Position numbers and translations under genes: made by a program
The notes under the pieces: model-generated
What the model was told of the DNA's origin: nothing
The model's input: only the letters and a program-made list of their open reading frames with translations
The model's database searches: none
Shown: positions 42,761 to 50,469 of the stretch, in pieces
Layout of the letters: every line of letters starts with the position of its first letter
Numbering within the stretch: the stretch's first letter is position 1
Source of the DNA: Gammaproteobacteria bacterium
GTDB lineage: Bacteria; Pseudomonadota; Gammaproteobacteria; Eutrophobiales; Eutrophobiaceae
Assembly: GCA_965243205.1 (NCBI GenBank)
Contig: CBDEUK010000002.1
Span: forward strand, 928,001 to 992,000
Reading direction: 5' to 3'
Length of the DNA stretch: 64,000 nucleotides

Positions 42761-43324
42761 ATGCTAATTAAATCTTTAATTATATCCTCAGCTATTTTTG
42801 TTTCATTATCCGTCTCTGCCGAATCAGTTTACTTAGACATAGATACACCTACCTCTGGTAGTGAATTAGATACATCTCCGCTTATAACAAGTTTGGGTAC
42901 TATAAGCTTTATTGGAGTCATTAGTGATTTTACTGATCCTGATTTAACTGCTGTCGGAGCGGCAGGTAATCTTTTAAACATTAATGGGAGTACAGATGAC
43001 TCAGCAACCTTAAGTTTTAGTTTCGATGTTGATTCAGTATCCTTCATTTTCGGTGGGAACGGTGGAGCATTTGATATTGTTGCACGTGATGCACTCGGGA
43101 ACACTATCGATTCTTACTTTGGCTCAACTGATAATGGTGATTTTGCCGGACCTCTGACACTTTCAGGTGGAGGTATAAGAAGCTTGTTTTGGCAAGATCC
43201 AGGCTGGAATTTTGCTGGGATAGATAACATTACTATTTCCACCTCTCCAGTACCAGTGCCTGCAGCAGTATGGTTATTGGGCTCTGCTCTTTTAGGTTTA
43301 TCAGGTTTAAAACGGAAGAAATAA
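42761..43324 (+). CDS. VPLPA-CTERM (exosortase substrate) surface protein
   Basis: Signal peptide; C-terminal VPVPAAVWLLGSALLGLSGLKRKK. Confidence 0.9.
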   Translation: MLIKSLIISSAIFVSLSVSAESVYLDIDTPTSGSELDTSPLITSLGTISFIGVISDFTDPDLTAVGAAGNLLNINGSTDDSATLSFSFDVDSVSFIFGGNGGAFDIVARDALGNTIDSYFGSTDNGDFAGPLTLSGGGIRSLFWQDPGWNFAGIDNITISTSPVPVPAAVWLLGSALLGLSGLKRKK

Positions 43325-43349
43325 AACAATATCTCATCAAATTTATCAT

Positions 43350-43370
43350 GGCTCCTGCAAAGGAGCCTTT
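43350..43370 (+). terminator. Intrinsic terminator
   Basis: GGCTCCT-GCAA-AGGAGCC followed by a T run. Confidence 0.7.
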
Positions 43371-43409
43371 ATTAATTTAATCAAATACCTACTAGTAATA
43401 GCGAAACAT

Positions 43410-43435
43410 ATAAAAATGTTCTGACCTCTATAATT
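43410..43435. repeat. REP-like site D
   Basis: ATAAAAA-TGTTCTGACCT-CTATAATT. Confidence 0.55.
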
Positions 43436-43441
43436 ATTTTT

Positions 43442-43606
43442 CTAACTCAATAAACGATTCATTTCCTTAGCCAACTCTTCGAGTTCAGCCGCATACATTT
43501 GCAAAATAAGTGCGCCCACCAATCCAGGGAAGTTCTCCTTCATTTCCCATGAAATAACATCCAACCGTTCTGAAATTTCAAAAAGCATGAGTTTTTTCTC
43601 GTTCAT
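43442..43606 (-). CDS. Unannotated 54-aa protein, copy 2 (MNEKKLMLFEISERLDVISWEMKENFPGLVGALILQMYAAELEELAKEMNRLLS)
   Basis: AAGGA RBS; same length and frame as copy 1. Confidence 0.85.
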   Translation of the reverse strand: MNEKKLMLFEISERLDVISWEMKENFPGLVGALILQMYAAELEELAKEMNRLLS

Positions 43607-43642
43607 TTAGGTAAATCCTTTTTCCACAATGCAAAAAACTAT

Positions 43643-43696
43643 TTATGTTCACATGTGAACATAAGAATAACACATGATTGTTCACTTATGAACAAT
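43643..43696. promoter_or_regulatory. Pair of operators TGTTCA-N4-TGAACA
   Basis: Perfect 22-bp palindrome TTATGTTCACATGTGAACATAA (43643-43664) and ATTGTTCACTTATGAACAAT (43677-43696); cores 33 bp apart. Confidence 0.75.
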
Positions 43697-43713
43697 TAAG
43701 TGGGATTATTTTT

Positions 43714-43911
43714 ATGGATCTATCTACTCGACTTTCGGAGAATCTTAAAAAGAGAAGAGGAAAAATGACGCAAGAGGAATTTGCCAAAAAACTTAAAATT
43801 AGTAGAGCAACTTTAACTAGGTTAGAAAACCGATCGCAAAACGTAACTCTCAGTACATTAGAACAAATAATAAAATCACTAAAGTGTGATATTGCTGATA
43901 TTTTTAATTAA
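43714..43911 (+). CDS. XRE-family HTH regulator
   Basis: LKKRRGKMTQEEFAKKLKISRATLTRLENRSQNVTLSTLEQI; ATG 43714 preferred because TTG 43678 lies in the operator. Confidence 0.9.
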   Translation: MDLSTRLSENLKKRRGKMTQEEFAKKLKISRATLTRLENRSQNVTLSTLEQIIKSLKCDIADIFN

Positions 43912-43919
43912 TTAAATTT

Positions 43920-43968
43920 TTACTCTGACCCCAAATATTCAATATAAAAGACGCCGCTCTCTTTAATT
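43920..43968. repeat. REP-like sites E and F
   Basis: TTACTCTGACCCC (43920-43932) and ATAAAA-GACGCCGCTCT-CTTTAATT (43944-43968). Confidence 0.6.
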
Positions 43969-44328
43969 TTAAAATTTACCATTGATTAAAACTATAGGTA
44001 TTCCAATTATTATTGTTACTAAAAAAGTATAAAAAAAGAAAAAAAATATGTTTCTATAAATATTGCTTATTAGTATGAAATTTTTATTGTGAGTTTCTAT
44101 ATAGTTTTTATGCCATATAAATTTCAATACATGTCCATTATTATCATCTTGAAAAAAAAAGAGTGGCAGTTTGAACACAATATTTTTATGTGGTGAGGAT
44201 GACAATAAATATCTTCCTAATAAAACATAGAGAGTATTCAATATAAAAATATATAGAGACATTACAAACATTGAAGAAAGTACAATAATACTTAATACAA
44301 TAATTATGATATCTGCTATTTCAGACAT
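43969..44328 (-). CDS. Very AT-rich two-TM hypothetical membrane protein
   Basis: Hydrophobic N- and C-terminal helices; bracketed by REP-like sites. Confidence 0.55.
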   Translation of the reverse strand: MSEIADIIIIVLSIIVLSSMFVMSLYIFILNTLYVLLGRYLLSSSPHKNIVFKLPLFFFQDDNNGHVLKFIWHKNYIETHNKNFILISNIYRNIFFFFFYTFLVTIIIGIPIVLINGKF

Positions 44329-44369
44329 TTATTTTTCTAAATTTTCCAAAGAATTTTATTAAAAAAAAC

Positions 44370-44413
44370 ATTAAAGGGGTCTGCCTCCTTTAATTGATTA
44401 TTACTCTGACACC
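44370..44413. repeat. REP-like sites G and H
   Basis: ATTAAAG-GGGTCTGCCTC-CTTTAATT (44370-44395) and TTACTCTGACACC (44401-44413). Confidence 0.65.
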
Positions 44414-44420
44414 AATTAAT

Positions 44421-46718
44421 CTAATTTAAACCAAGCTCTTGTTTCTTTCTATTAAAGTAAAAAATATCAGCTGTTCTGTTTTCTGTTGCAGATAATTCGA
44501 GTGCTTTATCTATATATTGGTTTATAAATTCTTTTGATACCTTTTCGTTATCTGCTTCATATAATTCAATTAATGAAATTACAAGCGGTTTTAAATATGG
44601 AGATGGAAAAGTATAACTAGGCTCAATTTGAATAGTTTTCAAAAAATACCTAGCTCCTTCTAATTTATCGCCGTACTGTGTTTCGAATAAACCCAAATTT
44701 GCCCAATATGTAGAAATCTCAGGACTAATTTCAGCTGCTCTCTTAGCGGAATTTATCATTAAGTCAATATCAGGATCTTGCATATCCCAACAAACTAGAG
44801 AAATTTGATTTTCAATAGCAGAAGAAAATATACCTCGTTCTTTCATATCATAATAATCTTTAATTGCTCTATGATATTCACCAGCATTTCTGTATTGATA
44901 AATTAATCCTCTAGCTACATCAAATGAAAAATCTACATAATTAGATTTTATATATTTTGCATATACAGCTGAATAATTTGAAAAATCTAGGGCCCATTTA
45001 TTATCAATACTGATGTTAAGCCCTTGCTCTTCTGTAAAAAATGATTTGTATGAACCAATTGCTATTTCAGCTTTATTATTCATTGCTGATTTCACATTGT
45101 TTATAATTTCTTTAATCTGTTTGTTAAAAATAAGTATGTTATTTCTTCCTTTTATCAAACAACAGAATTCTGTTTCAGAATTTTTTGCTATATATCCCGT
45201 ATCTGATATTTGTTTTTTCAACTCTTCATACAAAATAGCTAAACATCTATTAATTTCTGAAAGGCCAAGTTTCTGTTTCAAATCAACTTCATTCAAAATG
45301 AAAAAAACATAAGATGCTATTTCTATTTTATTGTTTTCACTTTCCTCTAATATCTTCTGTTTTGATGTAATATCTTCATCATGAAAAAACTGATCATGTT
45401 CAAAAAGATGAGTAATAGATCCTAAAGGAACTGCTTCAATTTCATACCCTTCTTTAAATGTATGTTTTTTTCTGTTTTCTGAAATTTTACAAAAAGAAAT
45501 TTCTGGCTGGACATCAGTGGCAATAATAGTTCCCAAAGGAATCTTTGGGCACATACCTAGAGATCTAATGGTGCGGCCATCATCAATCATATATCTCGAA
45601 TTTCCAGTATATTGGGGATGAAATACTAAGAACTCCTGTCCCTTCAGTACACCTACTTCACCACCAATATCAATAACCACAGTATCAACATCGTAATTAT
45701 GTTCAATAATTTTTCCGTAACTGTGCAGAATTTCATCGAAATCTCTAACAGTATTTCTTCCACCATTTTTAGCACAGTATAATGCTTTATCAGCTTTTTC
45801 TCGTATAGTCCTGACTGGATCTGAGACAGCTATATTTTTTGTACCTGAACCAATTACAAATCCAATACTAACTGTAATTCTTCGCTCAAGTATTGGTGGC
45901 AAAGGTTTAATCTCTACATCACTTTGTTTCTGATTTAACTCGCTTATATCGTTCTCAGATGGAAGCTCCCTACTCCCAATTTCTTCACGTAAAGCTTCTG
46001 CTAATTTTATACAAGAAGTCTTTTCGAAATTACCTAAACCAAAAACAATGAATTCTTCGCCTCCTGGCCTAGAAAAATAAATATCATCAAAATCTTTATA
46101 TTCTTCTTTATAACTATTTATAAACTTTTCAATCCTTCGAGCAAGGCATTTTAAAACAATATCACCATAAACATGTCCATAATTATCATTAACTTGTTTA
46201 AAATGATCTATATCCATCGCTATACAAAAATATTTTTTTGTTCTTACCCCAGCACTTTCAGAACTTTCAGATTGGTCTTTATCATCATCTGAATTTTTCA
46301 ATTCTTCAATAAGTCCTTTAAATATTGAATTTAAAGATTGAACATTTAACAATCCTGTTAAATGATCATGAGTAGCATCAAAACTCTTTTGAGCTCTTTC
46401 AGAACAAAGGTTAATATATTCCTGAAACTTATCTCTGGTTTTTTTAAGAGTATTTTTTTCAAATTTTGCAGCTATAACAGCTTTAAATTCGTTTACTGGA
46501 AAGTATGAAATTGGGTCGTTAGTTGCTCTCCAGTGATTATTGCCTTCTAATATCCTAGATAATCTTTTAGTGGTAAAATTATTATCCAGTTCTTCTTTAT
46601 TTTCTTTATACCACTTATTATCAAAATGCCTATAAACTGATATTGATTCAGACATATCTGATAAATTTTTATCTTTTGCTATTTCTTCTAAAAAAATATT
46701 AAATCTAGTTAATTGCAT
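44421..46718 (-). CDS. Multidomain GGDEF protein with C-terminal TPRs (start probably ATG 46718)
   Basis: DHLTGLLN, MDIDHFKQVNDNYGHVYGD, RPGGEEF, ADKALYCAKNGGRN; TPR-like tail YWANLG. Confidence 0.88.
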   Translation of the reverse strand: MQLTRFNIFLEEIAKDKNLSDMSESISVYRHFDNKWYKENKEELDNNFTTKRLSRILEGNNHWRATNDPISYFPVNEFKAVIAAKFEKNTLKKTRDKFQEYINLCSERAQKSFDATHDHLTGLLNVQSLNSIFKGLIEELKNSDDDKDQSESSESAGVRTKKYFCIAMDIDHFKQVNDNYGHVYGDIVLKCLARRIEKFINSYKEEYKDFDDIYFSRPGGEEFIVFGLGNFEKTSCIKLAEALREEIGSRELPSENDISELNQKQSDVEIKPLPPILERRITVSIGFVIGSGTKNIAVSDPVRTIREKADKALYCAKNGGRNTVRDFDEILHSYGKIIEHNYDVDTVVIDIGGEVGVLKGQEFLVFHPQYTGNSRYMIDDGRTIRSLGMCPKIPLGTIIATDVQPEISFCKISENRKKHTFKEGYEIEAVPLGSITHLFEHDQFFHDEDITSKQKILEESENNKIEIASYVFFILNEVDLKQKLGLSEINRCLAILYEELKKQISDTGYIAKNSETEFCCLIKGRNNILIFNKQIKEIINNVKSAMNNKAEIAIGSYKSFFTEEQGLNISIDNKWALDFSNYSAVYAKYIKSNYVDFSFDVARGLIYQYRNAGEYHRAIKDYYDMKERGIFSSAIENQISLVCWDMQDPDIDLMINSAKRAAEISPEISTYWANLGLFETQYGDKLEGARYFLKTIQIEPSYTFPSPYLKPLVISLIELYEADNEKVSKEFINQYIDKALELSATENRTADIFYFNRKKQELGLN

Positions 46719-46739
46719 TTTTTCTATTAAAATTATATA

Positions 46740-46776
46740 AAAAAACCCCAACACCTTTCGGAGTTGAGGTTTTTTT
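46740..46776 (-). terminator. Intrinsic terminator of the molybdoenzyme gene
   Basis: AAAAAACCCCAAC...TTTC...GTTGAGGTTTTTTT hairpin. Confidence 0.7.
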
Positions 46777-46822
46777 GTTTAAGTGTCTCATCCATGATTT
46801 GTTTGGTTATCCCTTCCCTTTG

Positions 46823-48943
46823 TTAAGCTTGCTCAACTTGAACTAAGTTATCAAAGAACGTGGGAGCATTCCCCATGTCGCAGAATTCACCTGAGCTGGT
46901 GATGTTCACCGTTCCTTTATTTAACTGCCTCCAATAACCTAAAGTAGCAACGACCACACCTTGGTTAACATCGTCCGTTACTTTGGCAACGCCTTCGAAG
47001 GAACCACGGTCGTTAAACACTTTTACGTTATCACCTTCTTTGACACCACGTGAGCTGGCGTCGCTTGCATTGATTAATACAAACTGTTCGCCTTGTGCAT
47101 CTTGTTGGTTTTCCATGTTGGCGTAACACGAGTTTAAGAACGCATGGCTTTTTGGTGTGACGATGTTTAATGGATACTTCGCCGCTAAGTCTGGGTTGGT
47201 TTCTGGACGTTCGTACGGTGGTAAGTAGTCTGGTAGTTCAGGGATATCCTGTCCAGGTTGCATGCCTTCGTACATTTGTCGGAATGGCCCAGCGACAAAG
47301 TTTTTCGCACCTTCAACTTTGAAATGACATTTACCCGTTGGAGTTGGGAAGTTGCCTTCCATATGTGGACGACGGTCATCCTTAGTACCGACGTTTAAAC
47401 GTTCGAAGCCTTTTTCTTTTAAAGAATCGAAACTGATGCCATCACAGGCTGGTGCATCCCAATCCACAAAGTTTTCCAGGCATTCGGTGTCTGACCATTT
47501 TAAGCGGTCTTCATCGTAGCCCATTTTTTCCGCTAAGCGACGGAAGATTTCATTGTTCGGAATCGCTTCTCCTGGTGATTCAATGCACTTCGCGTTGTAG
47601 GTTAAGTACATGTGACCCCAAGAAAGAATGATGTCTTCCATCTCGGCTCCCATTGATGCAGGTAATACGATGTCTGCATAGGATGCGGTATCCGAAATGA
47701 AGTGGTCGGCTGCAACGTGGAATAAATCTTCACGTTCTAGGCCTTGTACTAGTTTATCCGCCTCAGGTGATTGGGTGACTGGGTTAGTGTTCCAAGTCAT
47801 GACTGATTTGATCGGTACGTTTAAGTCCTGCTCGCCTGTTAAGGCACGACCTAATTGCAGAATGTTCACCACTTGCGTGCCTTCTGGGATCCAATCTGGT
47901 CGGCAAATCACATCAAACTTATACGGGTGTTCCCATACTGGGAATTGGGTAATACCACCACCCACATGACGCCATGCGCCTGTTAATGCAGGAATGCTGG
48001 TAACCGCACGAATGGTTTGACCACCGCCGTAGTGACGTTCCAAACCCACGCCCATACGAATCGCCGCTGGTTGTTCAGTCGCTAATTCTTTCGCCAGTTT
48101 GCGGATATCTGCGGCTGGAATGCCCGTGATTTCTTCTGCCCATTCTGGGGTGTGTTTTTGCGAGTGGGCTTTTAAGTCTTCAAAGCCTTCAGTGTAGTTA
48201 TCAACGTAGTCTTGATCGACCAGGCCTTGTTCGATGATGCTGTTAATCACCGCCATTGCCAATGCACCATCGGTTGATGGTTTTGGCGCGATGTGCCAAT
48301 CCGCTTCTTTCGCGGTTTTAGATTTATAAGCATCGATAACCACCACTTTGGCGCCTTTCTTTTGCGCTTCTTTCACAATGTGCCAGTGGTGTAAGTTGGT
48401 GCTGACCGAGTTACACGCCCAAATCACAATGTATTTAGAGTGGATGTAACTTTCAGGATCGACACCTGCGGTTGGGCCGATGGTGAGTAACCATGCAGTA
48501 CAAGAACCTTCACCACAGTAAGTACGTTCGCATACAGTCGCACCCATTTTATTGAAAAAGGCATCACCGCCGTTTAAACCATGCACCAAACCTTGGTGGC
48601 CTAAGTAGCTCACAGGCAGAATGGATTGCGGACCGAATTCATCGATTAAGGCTTTCCATTTATCGGTAATGGTATCGAGTGCTTCGTCCCAAGAAATTTG
48701 TTCGAATTGCTTTGAGCCTTTCGGGCCAACGCGTTTCATTGGGTGCAGGATGCGGTCTGGGTGATAGTGGCGGAGTTCGTAATCTTTCAATTTGACGCAA
48801 AGACCGCCGCGCGTCATAGGGTGATCTTTGTTGCCTTTGACCCCGGTTAATTTACCGTCTTCAACTTCGAATACCATTGAACAGGTATCAGGACAATCGT
48901 GTGGACAACCACCGTGGTGGGTTTCTTTCATTACTGCGGACAT
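46823..48943 (-). CDS. Cytoplasmic molybdopterin (bis-MGD) oxidoreductase, uncharacterised subfamily
   Basis: CPHDCPDTC...GGLCVK Fe-S motif, ISWDEALD, TASYADIVLPA, C-terminal binding domain; no Tat signal. Confidence 0.92.
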   Translation of the reverse strand: MSAVMKETHHGGCPHDCPDTCSMVFEVEDGKLTGVKGNKDHPMTRGGLCVKLKDYELRHYHPDRILHPMKRVGPKGSKQFEQISWDEALDTITDKWKALIDEFGPQSILPVSYLGHQGLVHGLNGGDAFFNKMGATVCERTYCGEGSCTAWLLTIGPTAGVDPESYIHSKYIVIWACNSVSTNLHHWHIVKEAQKKGAKVVVIDAYKSKTAKEADWHIAPKPSTDGALAMAVINSIIEQGLVDQDYVDNYTEGFEDLKAHSQKHTPEWAEEITGIPAADIRKLAKELATEQPAAIRMGVGLERHYGGGQTIRAVTSIPALTGAWRHVGGGITQFPVWEHPYKFDVICRPDWIPEGTQVVNILQLGRALTGEQDLNVPIKSVMTWNTNPVTQSPEADKLVQGLEREDLFHVAADHFISDTASYADIVLPASMGAEMEDIILSWGHMYLTYNAKCIESPGEAIPNNEIFRRLAEKMGYDEDRLKWSDTECLENFVDWDAPACDGISFDSLKEKGFERLNVGTKDDRRPHMEGNFPTPTGKCHFKVEGAKNFVAGPFRQMYEGMQPGQDIPELPDYLPPYERPETNPDLAAKYPLNIVTPKSHAFLNSCYANMENQQDAQGEQFVLINASDASSRGVKEGDNVKVFNDRGSFEGVAKVTDDVNQGVVVATLGYWRQLNKGTVNITSSGEFCDMGNAPTFFDNLVQVEQA

Positions 48944-48962
48944 GGTTCTTCTCCTCTGCCAC

Positions 48963-49089
48963 CTGAGAACTCACTGCATTGGCATTACTTTTCTAAAAAC
49001 CCTGCTCGTGTCGGTCGTTTACTTATATGTAAACTCCCTCCCCTCTCAGACCTTTTATCTCGTACTGCCTGCTTCGTATACGTTCTCAG
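48963..49089. mobile_element. 127-bp palindromic MITE-like element
   Basis: Terminal IRs CTGAGAAC/GTTCTCAG, inner GGCATTAC/GTACTGCC, central GTTTAC-TTATAT-GTAAAC. Confidence 0.6.
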
Positions 49090-49202
49090 TAATTACAATT
49101 CAACGATATTATTTTTGTAGGGACATTTTAGGCTGATCCCACAGACATTGCTATGGGAATCGGTCATTCTAAATTACGATATGTTAAGGGTTAGAAAGGT
49201 AC

Positions 49203-49388
49203 TTAGGAATATAGCCCGCAGCATTTTTTATATTTACGGCCGCTATCACATGGGCAAGGGTCATTGCGACCGACTTTAGGTGTTGCACGTACGATGGGGC
49301 TTGGCGGGGCACAGCAACTTTCATCGTTACAACAAGGTTCTTGGCTTTCAATCGGTTCCTTGCTTGATGATTTATTTTCTTCGATCAT
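49203..49388 (-). CDS. Small SEC-C motif protein
   Basis: [21 protein letters not shown]; ATGA-coupled to tal. Confidence 0.85.
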   Translation of the reverse strand: MIEENKSSSKEPIESQEPCCNDESCCAPPSPIVRATPKVGRNDPCPCDSGRKYKKCCGLYS

Positions 49389-50386
49389 ACTGATTCTTCA
49401 GTTTCGATTTCTAAAACTTGATTATGGTTTTGATTCTCAGCAAGAGAAGAAATGAGTGTCTCAAGTTTATCCTGGTCTTTGGCAAAATTACGGATGCCTT
49501 CAGCCAGTTTTTCTGTCGCCATGGCGTCGCTGTTCATGGCCCAGCGGAAGTCTTTTTCCGTTAATGAAATTTTTTCTTCTTCATCTATGGATACACCTAA
49601 ACTTGGTGGTAATGCACCTTTATCGTTTTCTAGCTCTTCGAGTAAAGCTGGGCTAATCGTTAAACGATCGCAACCCGCTAAGGCTTCGATTTCACCTGTG
49701 TTACGAAAGCTCGCACCCATCACGACTGTGTTATAGCCATGTGTTTTATAGTAATTGTAAATTCGTGTGACTGACATCACGCCTGGATCTTCTAATGGTT
49801 CATATTCGGTTTTGCCTGTAGCGGCTTTGTACCAATCTAAGATGCGACCAACGAATGGCGAAATTAAAAACACACCCGCTTCAGCACAGGCCACAGCTTG
49901 GGCAAAGCTGAAAAGTAACGTGAGATTACAATTGATGTTTTCTTTTTCTAGTACTTCAGCGGCTTTAATGCCTTCCCAAGTTGAAGCGATTTTGATCAGT
50001 ACACGATCTCGTTGAATGCCCTCTGCCTCATACATTGCAATCAGTTCACGCGCTTTTTCGATTGTAGCGTTGGTATCAAAGGAAAGTTTGGCACTGACTT
50101 CAGTAGAAACTCTGCCCGGTATGATGGATAAGATTTCTTTACCGATCATCACAGCAAAACGGTCACCCGCTTTTTCTTGAACCTGCTCTGGTGATGAACT
50201 GTTGTGTTTTGCCCAATCAATCGCTGATTCCAACACTGCTTTGTAATGCGGTAATTCAGCCGCTTTTAATAACAGCGACGGATTGGTGGTGGCATCTAAT
50301 GGGGAATATTTTTTTATCGCTTCGATGTCACCAGTGTCCGCAACTACATCGGTCATTGTTTTGAGTTGTTCCAGCTTGTTTGACAT
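49385..50386 (-). CDS. tal: Transaldolase
   Basis: [44 protein letters not shown]. Confidence 0.97.
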   Translation of the reverse strand: MSNKLEQLKTMTDVVADTGDIEAIKKYSPLDATTNPSLLLKAAELPHYKAVLESAIDWAKHNSSSPEQVQEKAGDRFAVMIGKEILSIIPGRVSTEVSAKLSFDTNATIEKARELIAMYEAEGIQRDRVLIKIASTWEGIKAAEVLEKENINCNLTLLFSFAQAVACAEAGVFLISPFVGRILDWYKAATGKTEYEPLEDPGVMSVTRIYNYYKTHGYNTVVMGASFRNTGEIEALAGCDRLTISPALLEELENDKGALPPSLGVSIDEEEKISLTEKDFRWAMNSDAMATEKLAEGIRNFAKDQDKLETLISSLAENQNHNQVLEIETEESV

Positions 50387-50469
50387 GACTGAGCCTACAT
50401 AAATTCAAAGCGCGTTATTATGTAGGATCCAGTTTGCAAATCAATGCTTTTAGAGTGACGGTTTTAACA

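Noticed and set aside
28962-43911. Composite transposon or prophage bounded by the two XRE modules
   Set aside because: No transposase, integrase, structural genes, target duplication or terminal IRs were seen. The copies differ at many synonymous sites, and the interval contains housekeeping-type cfa.
39398-44413. Integron attC or Xer dif sites
   Set aside because: No RYYYAAC...GTTRRRY hairpins, no intI gene, and no match to the 11-6-11 dif consensus.
46719-46754. N-terminal extension of the GGDEF-TPR ORF
   Set aside because: The longer start falls within the upstream terminator hairpin.
48828-49136. ORFs or a Moco riboswitch upstream of the molybdoenzyme
   Set aside because: The ORFs are antisense and span the palindromic element. 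I could not recognise riboswitch consensus features; an Rfam scan would settle it.
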